DNA of 63,992 nucleotides, the filler included, from Rhabdomonas costata (taxonomy: Eukaryota), in NCBI GenBank assembly GCA_019059605.1. It is 30 parts of 30 records of this genome, joined end to end, with 100 filler letters (N's around TTAATTAATTAA, not from the genome) between each part and the next. Parts side by side here need not be neighbours in the genome. Positions count along the whole stretch, not along the records: positions 49,160 to 51,195 come from JAHMHO010006202.1; positions 51,296 to 53,331 come from JAHMHO010006203.1; positions 53,432 to 55,466 come from JAHMHO010006204.1; positions 55,567 to 57,602 come from JAHMHO010006205.1; positions 57,703 to 59,738 come from JAHMHO010006206.1; positions 59,839 to 61,874 come from JAHMHO010006207.1; positions 61,975 to 63,992 come from JAHMHO010006251.1; 23 more parts are not named here. One strand, written 5' to 3'. Positions 50,242-63,559 of this stretch are shown piece after piece (the stretch's first letter is position 1; every line of letters begins with the position of its first letter). The notes beneath the pieces were generated by a model that was not told the DNA's origin, did no database searches, and worked only from the letters and a program-made list of their open reading frames with translations. A program made the position numbers and the translations under genes.

Positions 50242-51996
50242 GTATGGGTCACGCTGGTGATGGTGGTGGTGGTGGTGGTGTTCAACGGGAGCATCAACAG
50301 TCGGGCCAACAGTGCAATCCTTCGGCTGAACCCGCTCATCTCCTTCCCGTCACCATCGCTACTTTTCAAGGGAAGTTTTCTGCTTTTGTGTTCAGTAAGT
50401 GAGATTTTTTGAACCTGAATGATACCGTTCCCACGCCCTAATGGCATCCTCATTATTGCATCATTTTCGTGGTGTCATCGTTCGTTTTTTCTTATTTTCT
50501 CTGCCCCTGCTTCCGAAACTCGATACGCGTGATGGCTTTATGCAATCTTTGGTCTGGTTTCCTTCTTTCACTGCTCTTTTTTTCCGTGTCTGTTGTTCTT
50601 TCATTTCGGTGGTCGGATTGCTGATTTGAGTCCAGGCGTCGAACTTTCATGTGATGTCCGTCCCTGTTTGCAGCCTTGTGTATGTGCATAAGCATGCGGT
50701 TACAAGGATAACGCTCTTTCTTGCCTTTTTATTCAGAAGCAGTGGGGTGGCGTTGATCCTGCGGTACGCTCTGAGCTCGTTTAGCCATCGTGGGCAGCGG
50801 CCTACGGAGCCACGTCGGACTCCCCATGGAATGCGGCGATTAATGCAAGCCTGGTACTCCTGAATAGTTTCGTCAGTGTGGCACAATACGTGCAGGCACG
50901 CAACTTTTTGCGGTGCATGGAAGTGCCGACCAGATTGTCATTTTCAGGTTCCAGCACACTTCCACCAGCCTCCATCAAATGTTTCGTTTGCTTTGAATTG
51001 CAGAAGAAGAAGCAGTGTTTCCGGAAGCCTCCTAAGAGGTTCCTCCTCAAGAGAGGCGTTGTAATCCATGGTTAATAGATATGCACCCCAAGACAAAAAA
51101 ACTCGGATAGGCGGTATCGTTGAGATTCGAGAGCTACGACAAGACTTAAAATCGCTGCCTTCAATTCAATACAGGACAATAGTCGACACAACCCCNNNNN
51201 NNNNNNNNNNNNNNNNNNNNNNNNNNNNNNNNNNNNNNNTTAATTAATTAANNNNNNNNNNNNNNNNNNNNNNNNNNNNNNNNNNNNNNNNNNNNGGGTT
51301 GGTGTGGAAACTGGAAGAAGAGTGCAACCACAGTACCACATAAAACATGAAATATACAACACTGTCTCCTCTACATCGCGCTCATGAGCTGGCCGGATCA
51401 CTCTTGAGGCTGGCAAGAACTGCGCGAGTGTTCGTCGAGTAAAATCTTCGGTCCCGCAACGCATCAGCCAGCACAGAGTTGTTCACAAGGTTGAAATCAT
51501 GTGCCTGAGGTAAAGCAGTAAACCCGTGATGAGATGGAAGAGAGCCCAAGGTATGTGGAGAATGTGATATAATTACATTAGAACAGATGAATGTTCAATG
51601 TAGCCTGCAAAAGAAAAAAGAAAACATGATGTCGAATGATGACTTCACCATTACATTTCAGCGTCTCGGCACCCCACCACTCAACCACTTGCAGCAACAT
51701 GTACGTCGAGTCTCTGACGGGTCCGTAATGAAAATGCTGCAAGCCGCGAAAATGCTGAGAACGATCTGGAGTACGTCTGTTTGTGCAGGCACTGTCAGTG
51801 CGTCAATCCAAGCAGCAGGCGACGGGAATTAAAGCGGCAGCAACATAATTAATGGAAACCGACTGCTGCCACGAAATTTCAAGAATCTATATATAACTCA
51901 GCATTAATTAAATCAAAAATGACCAACAATCTCAAGAGTTAAAGGCCCAGAACATCCAAACAGAAATGACGAGCCAACAGAACTTCTGGCACTCAC

Positions 51997-53331
51997 CTCG
52001 GATCTCGAGGATAGCTGGTGAGAGTTCACCATCAGCATGGCCCTGATTTCCTCCACTACATCATCCGTTGCACCATTTCCGTCAAGACCAAGGTAACACA
52101 AGGTATGGTTTGTCTTGAGAGCCTTTGCTAAGGCGCGGGCGCCCGCCGTTCCAATGGAGTTACCCATAAGCTCGATTTCACGCAAAGGGGAACGGGAGTG
52201 AATCATAGCTGCCAAAATCTCGGCCCCACGGGTGGTGATTCGACCCCCTGCCACATGTAAGCTTCTCACATTCGTGTTGTGAGCCATAGCTTTTTCCAGA
52301 ATTTTCAGGGTTTTGTCCTGCGCCAACCTGCCTTTGAGATCCCGACAAAGGTCAAGAGAAGTTACCGCGGGATCATTCTGGTTAATCTTGTGAAAGTAGA
52401 GCTTCAGGGCACGTGGCTGCTTATTGAGGGTGAGCTCAAACTCTAACTCGCTGAGCATCAACGAAGAGATTTTATTCTCAGAGACTGTAAGGCGAGTTAT
52501 AGTGTCGTTTTCGCGCAACGCGGCCAGCAAAGGTTGGATTCCGTCATCGAGGATCTCGTTGTGGTCAAGGAACACCTCCTCAAGAGGAGAACGATTTGTC
52601 ATGATAACAGTTGCGAGTAGCTGGGCACCTTCTGGACCAAAACGGTTCCCGGTAAGATCAAGACTAACAATGCAAGTGTTATCCAGCAGTCCCTTGACAA
52701 GAAGGACAAGTCCGGGGCCAGTCAGCGTCCTTCCTCGAGGATCCTCACCGGGAGTGATCTTCAGCTCACGAAGCCTTGTGTTATTGCCAAGCAAAGAAGG
52801 AAAAGCCCGTTTCAGGGCAATCGGCTCTCGGTTGAGTGTTAGCGCATTCTCGAGGAGGAAAATACCAGCTTCAGAAATTCCGTTTTGAGAAACGTCACAG
52901 TATTGCAACGAGTCATTGTCAAACAAAGCGGTGACGATCTCGTCAACGGCTTGCTCGTTGATATCCGTTGATCGCAAGTTAAGCTCCCGCAACGTAGCGT
53001 TCTCGGACAAGGCAGCCGCGATGTGTGAGCATCCGGCACTACCCATCGGCACACCATTCACCGACAAAATTTTGAGAGTGCAATTGCTTCGAAGCCAATC
53101 AGCCAAAACTTTCGTCCCAACCTCTCCGAAAACGGATCCCGAAAGATCTAAGGACTCCAGAACAAGTGCAGTGGGAAGTTCGGGCGTCAGCAGTTGCATT
53201 GCATCGTTGTTTAGCGGACCACCAAAACTGCCAAGCTGGAGATCCAAGGTCTGCAGGGCAGTGCCTTCTTGACGAATGAGGAGAACGGCGCGCTTCAGTG
53301 CTCGCGAGGTTCTATTCAATGCAACCAACAA
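51997..53331 (-). CDS. RNI-like (NLRC3-type) leucine-rich repeat protein, long internal exon
   Basis: About 445 open codons of 28-aa LRRs (LxxNxTLxxLxLxxNxIG..GA..LA) in higher-order blocks ending L.LN++P; GTGAGT donor at 51996. Confidence 0.93.
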
Positions 53332-53865
53332 NNNNNNNNNNNNNNNNNNNNNNNNNNNNNNNNNNNNNNNNNNNNTTAATTAATTAANNNNNNNNNNNNN
53401 NNNNNNNNNNNNNNNNNNNNNNNNNNNNNNNTCAAGGCTTCCTGACTCTTCACTCTGTGGCTCTGTGGTCCCCCTTGCTGGATGTTTTGCGCCCTTTTGC
53501 GCCGCTTCTTGCCCCACACAGCGGAGGGACGTGACTACCGACACCACCATGTGGCGTTCAGACTGCCCTACAAGGAAAACGCTGCCTTCACCACAAAGAC
53601 AGTGTTCCTTTCAAGGCGCAATGCGTTCTGTATATCAATAAAGAATCTTCTTCTTCTTCTTCAATATCACACTGCAGGGTTGGGAAAATACGAAATAGAA
53701 AAGAGCCGGAGTTATTTCAAACGGGTTCGCACTACTCGCATTCACAATGATGGGAGTTTTTGTCAACAGTTTTGGAAACCGTTGGAGGTGCGCAGTGGAA
53801 ACGAAAGGGAAGTTAAGCAGACAGAACAGTGACCAGTGAAGGTCAGGACGAGTGGGGATACGCAC

Positions 53866-55430
53866 CGTTCCAGACTCGTCAGCCACCCCCAGCACATCAC
53901 TGCAGTGCCAACCCAAGTCCGTCACGGGGTGCGCCCCCACAAAGCTGTGTAGAAGTACCAGCGGGCATCCCCCCGCGGAGGAAGCCCACGCGGATGGGCC
54001 ACCATACACAGCCACGGAATGCGCCACATCTGCCACCGCAATGCAGGAGTGAGCCTCAGGCGAGGCCACAGTGCTGAGCTCCGGCCGAACCGCAAAGAGC
54101 CGTGGGCTCTGAACAGTATTGCGATCAGAGTGAATCAGCACGACTGATGACGATGTGAATGTCTTTATCTCAAGCGGCAGAGTTTTGCATACATTGAACA
54201 ACTCGTAGATTTTAATTTGCACGACGGTTGCACGAGCAGATCGATGCAGTATGAGGGGCTGCATAGATCAAAAATATTGCACAACGTTATCAGCCAAGCA
54301 ACCTCATGGAGCAGGGAGAAGCGACTCAGACAGAATTGGACCCAGGGTGCGTAACAAAAAAAACCAAGGAAGTCTTGTTGTTGCAGAATTCTGCAGAAAT
54401 AATTGCATCACACTGGATCATAGCAATCGGGGAACACCGAACAAGATGGGGTGAAGTTGAAAACGAATAGAAAATGTGAGTTGAGTTCCAAGAAACCTAA
54501 CTATTGTCCAGGACGAAGACCCTATCCATTTGCACTCTGGAGGAAGCAAATCAACTTTATCAATGCAAAATGGATAGATTCAGGGTGGAAGTAGAAGTAT
54601 AAGATGGGAGGAGGAGCAAGCCTTGAGCTGCGGAGTCAGAAGCGTGCAGTGAACCCGGAAGGAGGAGGCCGCCAAAAATTCGAGCCCTGCGCGAAAAAGG
54701 CGATCTTGCTTACAACAGCCAACCCAGGCTTACAACCCACTTTTTCCAATCAAGAGAGGCGGGCACGCTCACACAGAGAGCCCTAGCACACCCTCACCCT
54801 CAGATGCACACCTTCTTCGACAGGAAGGATCAGAAGCTCTATGCCACCGAAGCTCACAAACTCAAGCGAGAGCTTTTGCTCACTCCTGAGGGGAAAACCA
54901 AGACCTCAGAACCCGGATAAATGCAACCGTAAAAAGCAGGCACATCATTACGGCATCCGACAAAACGCTTTGCTCTCATTATTATTGAGAAAGTGCAGCA
55001 CTGCGTCTCAATCTTAAGAGCCGCCGATGTAAGGCTGTTCTCAGTGTTGTGCAACGGACTACAAAGTAGTTGACAAGTTCCATCTTGCAATCTCACCTGT
55101 CAAAAGTCAAAAGCAAGGCCCATGGCCCCCATGAGAATAAGGCATTTGGAACCACCAACCGCATCTTCGATGAATATTGCAAGCCCGCAACCAATCTGGC
55201 TCCGATCTTAGTGTGAGTCGCTGATCCTCGCATACTTCACGGCAGAACTGGTGAACTTGTTGGGCAACAACTTCAGCACACTGCAGTCAGCAACCGTCCA
55301 TACTCTTAGCGAGCGGTCTGTGCCTGCAGAGGCCTGTGCCCCCATCCGCGACAGCACAAACAGGCGACTCATGGAAATCCTCAAAGCAAGCCTCAGCACG
55401 TTGCACGACTGCCCGGCAAAGGACGAGCGT
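53866..55430 (-). CDS. WD40-repeat protein, partial exons
   Basis: ASAGTDRSLRVWTV (~55330-55290) and HPVTDLGWHCSDVLGVADESGT (~53935-53866), each followed by a GT donor. Confidence 0.65.
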
Positions 55431-57318
55431 GCATTCTCGGAATCAGAGGGATATTTCCCACAAACCNNNNNNNNNNNNNNNNNNNNNNNNNNNNNNNNNN
55501 NNNNNNNNNNTTAATTAATTAANNNNNNNNNNNNNNNNNNNNNNNNNNNNNNNNNNNNNNNNNNNNCACTATGTATTTGGTTCTCTGGATTCGCCGCATC
55601 AATAAACTGTCCAGCGGTTTGGTTGACGGACTTGCGATATGCCAAAAGGCTGTATGCCAGTCGGTGGATTTCGGGGGCAAAGCCGAAGCAGGCCAGGTGT
55701 CTTTTCTATGTGCCAAACAGTGGGCCTCCCGAAACGCTGCGTGACCGGTCCTTGCACTTCAGGCCTGTTACCACTCCTTGGCGGCTCTTTCCTTTCAAAT
55801 CTTGTGCAAATTTTCCCAGTCAAGCAGACGTTTTATCGACGGACCGTCACGATTTATGGTGCATGAAGTCTTTAAACACTTCGCGACCAGGGGCAACAAT
55901 ACCTCGAGACGGGGAGGGGTGGGAGTGGATAGCCCTCACCACAAAGAGATGGTACTGGAACGTCTTTTATCCACCGAGAACACGAAGGTTTGAAGATCAA
56001 GGGGCTGGGTCGTACAGCGGGAAACCGCACTTTGGGGTGGTGTTTTTGGGACGATCGAAGGAGTATCCTTCATATGAACTCAGCACACAGCTGATCGAAA
56101 AATGGCCAAAACGGACGGATGGATCAAGAGATTAGGAAATCGAATTCAGGGAGACGGGGTAAACCCAAACCATACCGTGAGGTTATGGAAGGACGTAGTG
56201 AGCAAAGTTCCCTCTCTGTGCTGGGTGAGGGGAAGCTGAAAGTTATCCTTCTCGTCGGCAAGCACGGCTTCGGCGAGGCCATGAACAGCAGGAGGACTCT
56301 GCTCGCCAGCATCCACAACAACATCGGCAAGAAATGGCGAGGGGCTGGGCACCGCGATGGGAGTAGGTGAAGGGCTGGGCTCCGACCCGAGAATGGGGAT
56401 CACAGACATTCGCTATCCCTCGGACGGAAAACAATGGCAGAGAAGAGATGTGCCTGAATTGAAGCACGGCGGTAGAAAAAAAGTGTCGGGGGAACACGAA
56501 GGGCCCACTTTGCTGCACGGCAACGCAGTGTTTTGGGCTGCCAGCTGTATATATAAACGGATTCGGCTTTAATCTACCGAGTTTTTTTTTCATTCTGCTG
56601 GGCCCAAAACTCCTGGCTATTTTCTTTTTCGAAGACTCAAGTGCATCTGCTCTCTTTCAGATCTGATTTCTTTCAGCAGTTGAAGGAGTTCCCTTCCCCT
56701 TCACCGCCTTGCGCCCCTTCTTGGGGTTTTTCAAGAACGGCATCTGCTTTGCCGCACTTGCGGTCGGGAATAGTTACGTTCTCGAACGAGCCCCGAAACG
56801 AATTTCTATTTTTTTATTGTCCGTGCAACACTGACGAAGCAAGAGCCCTGAATTGAACTGAACTGAATTCACTTAAGATGGATGCCCCTTCCTAAGTGAA
56901 AAAATGCGGTACGTCCAGCGGCCAAAGAGAAGAGGTTGCCCAAACATTTTGCAAGAGCCCATTGATCGGTGTTCCGAAAACAGGGCAACAGCACGCTTGC
57001 GACAGGCGCTCGTCACGTTCATTCAAAGGCGACAGGGAAGCCAAACCTTAGCAGAGGATTCTAATAATTTTCTTGACAGCCAAAACGGGGATCAATCCAG
57101 AAAGCCAACCTCGCAGGAAAAAACGGGTGCAAAGTAACCGCATGAGGGGAGCTGCATCTCTCAGAACACACGGGAAACATACACAGAGAAAACACACAAC
57201 CAAAAACCCCACGATGGAACGATAGGTGTGGACACACTTCACACATAAGCAATACCGGCCAGAATAAAAACATGATGAGCAGCCAAGCTGTTCAAAAAAA
57301 AAAGGAAATGCTTCCAGC

Positions 57319-57602
57319 TCAGGAGAAGACAGTGTAGGTGCTCGCATGAAGTACAATCGAGCGGGTCGACGCGATGCATCCCATGATACCCACGCAGGTC
57401 AGCGACACAGCGATGACAACGTTCACCCAGAACTCCAAGCTGCGGACGCTGGGCCGGCGAACCTGAAGCCAAAGTACCGACGGCAGCACAAACGTGGTGG
57501 GCGTGGTGCCGATCGCACCAACCAGACCCATCAGGTCCCCGAAGAACGGAAGCAGCATCGCCAGGAAGGCCGACGAGCAAACGTACAGCACCCGGTAGAG
57601 GA
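57319..57602 (-). CDS. Amino acid/auxin permease (AAAP; LHT/ProT/GAT-like), C-terminal exon
   Basis: AMLLPFFGDLMGLVGAIGTTPTTFVLP...ASTRSIVLHASTYTVFS-TGA. Confidence 0.92.
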
Positions 57603-57702
57603 NNNNNNNNNNNNNNNNNNNNNNNNNNNNNNNNNNNNNNNNNNNNTTAATTAATTAANNNNNNNNNNNNNNNNNNNNNNNNNNNNNNNNNNNNNNNNNN
57701 NN

Positions 57703-58987
57703 CGTCATGTTTTGCTGATGTCCCAGTACATGTTGCCCGTGTCCGGCTCCACGTCCACTCCGAAAAGCTCACCGTGAGGGAGACCCAGGTAGAGGCTTGT
57801 GGGTCCGTTCCCAGCAAGCGCGGTGAGGGACAGCGCGATCTCCTTCCGCAGATCCGCAGGGGTGGGGTTGGCTTTTGGATGGCAGCAGCGTAAAATCAAT
57901 GGAGCTAGGTAGTATCTCTTGTTACCTATTAACCAGAGACCACGTCATGAACCACTAGAGGATCCTTTGGGATCCGAATGATGGAGGGAAAGAAGCAGAA
58001 GCAGATTGATTTCTAAATGTATCAAAAACAACTTGTCGAACCGCGCTGCTCCATGACCAGGACCACCCCGAACACAACAAGTTTGACAAACTAGAGACAT
58101 AGCGAGCTTGTCCGAGCACGGTGAAGTTGTGGAAGGATCAAATGGAGAGAAATGGGGAACGCGTCTTGCGTCTTGAGTCGTCGGAGTGGGTTCGGCGATG
58201 CTCAAGGCCACAATATGCGTCAGTTTGTGTGGCAAGACGGAACAGCTTACTTTGAAATTCAAAAGGATGGGAAGAACGCGTGTGTGGATAAAACTCCCAG
58301 GTTTCGGAATAATAACGTGGGCAAATTTGAGGCCCAATGTGACCACGCCCGCACGCCAACATAAACACAAGCACCGACGAACAATTATCTCTCGTGTCAT
58401 CCCTTGAGAGAGACGTGAGACACCCCGCAGGATGCCTGCTACAAAGACCGCGTGACACCTTGCCTGTTTAATGCTTAGGGCAAGTACACAAACCTTCATA
58501 AACAGAAAAAAGTATTCTTCAAAAGGGTTAATGATCATTCATGGAGTCAATGAGGGGGGGCGCATATCCGCCATGAGCTGCGCCAGGATTGTGGATCAAA
58601 ACGCAGCAAGTGGTCCCCCCCCCCCTTCTTTGGGGTTAGATGGTTAGATAGGCGAGTTAACGAGGCAACAGAGGTCCCCCCAGAAACCATACCAGGGCTG
58701 ATGTCCGACTCGGCGATGTCCAGCGCAAGCTGGCCTGCTGCCGTGGTGATGGTGCCCAGGAAGCTCACCACCTCGTCCTCCACCACGGTGCACGCCAGGC
58801 CGCGGTAGCTCTCCCCCACCCACCCCAGGGCATCCTCCGCGTTGGCCCGGATCAGCAGGAACGACACCGCCCCCACGGCCCCCAGGGAGGCCACCGCGAG
58901 CACCACCAGGGGCACCCACATCGGCACCCTGAGCTTTCGCTGGGAGCCGGAGCCCGCCACCGGCTTCGTCATTCTCTCTCGCTCCAT
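57703..58987 (-). CDS. N-terminal TM plus extracellular Cache-like sensor region of a receptor (cyclase/kinase type), partial
   Basis: Exon 58987-~58693 with a TM helix (VPLVVLAVASLGAVGAVSFLLI) and a long helix; exon 57843-57703 with SLYLGLPHGELFGV, resembling Cache YxGxxxGxF. Confidence 0.5.
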
Positions 58988-59880
58988 AATTGCTTTTTAG
59001 CGAGAAAATGCCGGAATGGGTTAGTGCGAGAGAGAAAATCTCTCAGTGAGGTTTCAGGAGTTTGGTGAGTATGTCTGTTTGGAGTAGCACGAAAGAAGAG
59101 AGGAGTGTTTGGGATAGCCCAAAAGCAAACAAGCGGGTCAGCAACGTTTCTGAAGGCCAAAGGTCACCAAAAAGGCACACATGCAGCCTAGAGACCAAAG
59201 GGCACAACTTTTTTTTGTATCAGATGAAGTTGCCAGTCCGTGTTAGGGAGAAAAAACCTTCCCTATTGTAATTGGTGGAAGCGGAAATCATGTTTGCATT
59301 GGTAATCATGACTTCTTTTTGGTGATCACGGGACACAGGTACAAGCTCCACAGCAACCCGGGTACTGCGTTGCGTTATGTTGTGTTTGAGTTTTGGTTTG
59401 ATGCGTTCAAGCGCAGCGCGTAACACGACAGCCCTGAGCATGGAAAAGTTAATTTTAAAGAAGCAAGGATTCTTGGGCGGCGTGATGATCCCCATAGTGG
59501 TAGCCATGGGAATCATAGCTACTCCCCCCCTACCATTATCACATTTGCACCGAAAGCACAAGCGTGCCCAGCATGCGCCAGCGATCGCAGCAGGTTGTGA
59601 TGCGTGGACCGGCAATAAGGGCGCATGGGACAAACAAAATAGGCAAATATAGCTCAACGGAACGGAAGGGACGGGAGGACAGGACAAACCCAAGCACTGG
59701 AAGGAGAGGGAAGGAGAGTTGGGCAGTACTGTGCACCGNNNNNNNNNNNNNNNNNNNNNNNNNNNNNNNNNNNNNNNNNNNNTTAATTAATTAANNNNNN
59801 NNNNNNNNNNNNNNNNNNNNNNNNNNNNNNNNNNNNNNGTGTTTTGTGGATTGCTTAAAAGGTCAATCAGGGGAATAAAA

Positions 59881-60065
59881 ACGCCCTTTCAACAGAATAA
59901 AAATTAGCAAATTAGTCTCACTTTGTATCCAGAATTATCTGGACGCCGTTCCCGGCGATTGTGCCGTGCCTTGCCGTGCTGCGCTTTGTTCCATTTCGTT
60001 ACTAGCGGAAAGGAGGATACGCCCTTTCAACAGAATAAAATTAGCAAATTAGTCTCACTCTGTAT
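59881..60065 (+). repeat. About 47-bp direct repeat (59881-59928 and 60019-60065) flanking ~90 bp
   Basis: ACGCCCTTTCAACAGAATAAAA(A)TTAGCAAATTAGTCTCACTYTGTAT occurs twice. Confidence 0.9.
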
Positions 60066-60673
60066 GTGCTGAAAATTGTTCAGAGGAACATCCAGAACTT
60101 CTTAAATACAGTATATATACCGTAGGATGCGTGTCATTGAGAGATGGGCGTGAAACGGTATTACCGCCCATACACCTGCCTTGTATACCGAAATATGGGC
60201 AAAGGTAGGGGGGCTTCCGTCTACTCCTGCGCCCCTTGCTCCCCTTTAACATGCTTGCTGATTTGCAACGCCACTCAAGACCGATCTCTTTCAGGCAGGA
60301 ACCTCAGACAACGTTCCTGCCTCAGCAACCCGCTCCTGCCGCGCCGCGGACTGACCTCCGCCCCTTAAATTCAACTGTCTAGTCGTCCGTCAAAGCCCAG
60401 CAAAAAAAAGGTCCACACCGGCAGACTGTGGTATGAAAAGGCTTTTTGATTTCTCGGCCCGCTTCTCAGAACGCCGTGAAGCGGTGTTGAACGCCCCTCC
60501 CTGTAAAAACGGCTCAGGTTAGAGACTCAATGAAAAGGCATCGTTTGTTAGAGATAGTGCAGGGCATAATAGAAGTTAAACTTTCCTTTTTCGAACCTTG
60601 CCAACTTTTCTGTGTGTCCTTGTTCTTTCTCTAATTCTGGATTCTGGATTGTTCCGTCGTCGCTCTTCTTCAG

Positions 60674-61445
60674 ATTCGAGCCTGGGAAGGAGACCTGGGC
60701 GTGTGTTTTCACCGCGGGAGGTGTGTCACGTGAAAGCAGCGCCTACTGTACTCTACGTAGATACGGGACCTTTCATGCTTCCCAGGGCTCCAGGGCCGCG
60801 GGGAGTGATCCCCCACTTGCACAATGGTGGATGATGTTGGTGCCAGAAGCAGGCAGGCTCGGTAGGACAGCCCTGACAAACGCAGTTTTGCCACGGAGAG
60901 TTGCTGCAAGCTGGTGCTGCCGTGGAGGCGCGCAGTTTTGTATAAAACAAGCAAACAAACATTTATATAAATGCTCAAAGAGTGACAGAGAAACGGTGCC
61001 GCAAACAAGTTTGCTTTTCGACCTCTTCAATAATGTCAGGTGTTCAGCAGCACAAAGCAAAACAAAGCACGCGACCATGAAAGCGATTCGTAAGTTCAGT
61101 AAGGAAACCAATGAATTGCAGAGGCGCGAGACAGTCACAATGGGCAAAATGGACAAAATGGGCATTTGCATTTGTAGAGGTGTTGTAGGTGTTCCCGGGC
61201 ACCGCCCAGAAATAAACTGTGGGGGGGGTCTGATTCTGCACCCCCCCCCTCCCCCCGCCCGGCGTGCAGGCTGCTTTGGTGCGCTACAGGGCCTGCTGAC
61301 GTGCCCTGTGGCCCAGGTCAGGCTGCATATGCAAAGCTCTGAGGGCCGCGGGTGTGCCACCGCCGGGCAGGCATGCAGGGACCTCTTGCGCCGCCGGGGC
61401 ATCCACGGGCTGTTCCAGGGCTTGCCCCTGTCCCTCGCCAAAGAG
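60674..61445 (+). CDS. Mitochondrial carrier family (SLC25) protein, partial
   Basis: Exons 60674-60720 and 61270-61445 splice to VFTAGGCFGALQGLLTCPVAQVRLHMQ...RRRGIHGLFQGLPLSLAKE. Confidence 0.85.
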
Positions 61446-63025
61446 GTATGGTCCCTCCGCCGCCGCGGTCGCGGCTGTTGAACAGTGTCAGAGTTTGATT
61501 CATGATGGATGGGGCCCACGTATGGCGGTTGTGAATAACGATGGCTGGAGTCCAAGCGGTAGTTTCCCTTTTTGCATCGTCGCTCCTCTGCGTGTTGCAA
61601 CGGTGAATCCCCTGCATTTCTGAAATCACCAAGGATGCCATGTTCCCGCATTACATTACATTATCGGCTATCTATTCAGCTGCCTCACCAAAACATTTTG
61701 CATCTGCGCATGCGGTGGTGCCCAAGACGATACAGCAGTTGGAATGAACACTATTGTCATGTTGAGGGTAGGGATGGAAATTACGTACCGAAGATGAGTA
61801 GCCCACAGATCAGGGCAGTGGGCTACTCATCTTCGGTACGTAATTTCCAACCCAACCCCAACCACACCCAACACNNNNNNNNNNNNNNNNNNNNNNNNNN
61901 NNNNNNNNNNNNNNNNNNTTAATTAATTAANNNNNNNNNNNNNNNNNNNNNNNNNNNNNNNNNNNNNNNNNNNNGGAGGCATGGAATAAACGTTGATAAA
62001 GCAGGGGCCCAGAATAGCCTGAGATTTGTTGCAAAACATTACCAGAATTAGTTACACACCTAAAAGCTCACAGTTGGAGTGCGTGCTGATTCGGAGTTTC
62101 TGCATGCCGCATCGATGCCTGTAGCTGCTGCCCTATGAGTGCACGTTGAGTCTTTGCCGTTCGTGCGACGTGTTTTCTTTTCACCCTGTGCTGTGGATTG
62201 TGCTTAGAAAATGCCTTGAAGAGAGTGGTACTTTTCCATGCTCACGATGTCCAAGTGGCAAGTTGGAAGTAATGTGCGTCACTTTTGATAGGGGGTCTCT
62301 CCTAAGCTTCACGGGAGCAGACGTTGTTCGTTTGTAGAAAAGCGCACAGACCGCATGAACTCTTGAAAAGCAAGCGATGGAGAAATACGTGCCCCTTTTT
62401 CGCATACCTGGGGGAGCGGCACAGACGAGGCACAACCCATATTGCAGACTAAAGCAGGGTAAGTGAAAAGCCACAACAGTGCCGCAAGATTCCAACCCCC
62501 ACGAAGGGAAACAAGTACACTCAAAAAGGGGGACGCGAAGCTGCAGGAAAAAGGAACAAGACAAGAAAGCAAGGGCAAAATCGTGGACCAATGGAAATGG
62601 GGAGGCACATCATGGATTGAAGGGCAACTGATGAGGTATATGAGTAAGTATCGTGCAGGAAAAATGCGAGTGTTTTCGTTAGAATACGCTCCCTTACAAA
62701 GGATATGGCAATTCCACGAATCTGAATGGGACCGTTATCTGTGTGGCTGCGCAGAATTTTTGTAATTTTAACATTGTCAAAGACTTATATTTGGCGACTC
62801 GGAAACAAAAAAGAGAGCGCAAGAGAGAAAAATGGAAAGAGGGTGAGAATATCTCAAGCAAGCGGACTGGTTTCATCACCAACCATCAGTGTCCCATATT
62901 GTACATTGTATCCCAAAAAACCACACCGCTCGTATCGCTAGAACACCGCAAAACTATCCCCGGTGCCATGCTGTGTACCAGCCTGTGCTCAAAGCAGTCG
63001 TTTTCGACCGTAGGCAGCTCCCCCT

Positions 63026-63559
63026 TTAGGGCTCCGCGTCGGCCAAGCTGTAGCCCGCGCAGCTACGCAGCGCCTCCCATACTATCTGGCGCAGGTGCTT
63101 CGCTCGAAAGGTGCCTCGGGTGCCCGCGACTGCTGGGAGGGGCTGCAGGCAACGCACATGCAAACGCGCCTGGCATAATAGATGCGACGAAACTGGGGCA
63201 ACACTCAGACAACTGAGTTCAACGGGAGCCACGCAGAGCGAAGAATAGGAATCCGACAAGATCGGGATCGGACTTTATCTGCAATGCAAAGCACTCAAAA
63301 AGGTTTCAAGGAAGGGCACAAGTACAACTCGACATCACCTTTGTTTGCAAAGTGACACAGGAGTAGTGGGTTAACGGACGCAGCGTGGCAATGATAGTCT
63401 GTGTTGCTCAATTACACAGTGCCACAAGAAAAATACGGCAGGAGAGAGATGGAATGGAGCGGCAACACCTTGAAGTAGTCAAAGGTGGTGGCGCCATCTT
63501 GACCCCAGCGTGCGAGGATCAACTCGGCGTAAGCCAGGATATACATTCCACAGTCATAA
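63026..63559 (-). CDS. Ulp1/SENP8-like cysteine protease (C48), C-terminal exons
   Basis: Exon 63559-63469 with catalytic-type YDCGMYILAYAE bounded by AG and GT; probable last exon ~63142-63026. Confidence 0.6.

Larger units (their letters stand above)
2040..61974. other. 29 artificial contig spacers (N44-TTAATTAATTAA-N44, stops in all six frames), first at 2040-2139 and last at 61875-61974, separating 30 contigs of about 2.04 kb
   Basis: Identical 100-nt spacer recurs every ~2,137 nt; sequence on either side is unrelated; contig lengths are near-identical, consistent with a size-sorted assembly. Confidence 0.99.

Noticed and set aside
43100..53331. Functional clustering of polymerase, LRR and other genes as an operon or viral insert
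   Set aside because: They lie on different artificially joined contigs and have spliceosomal splice sites.
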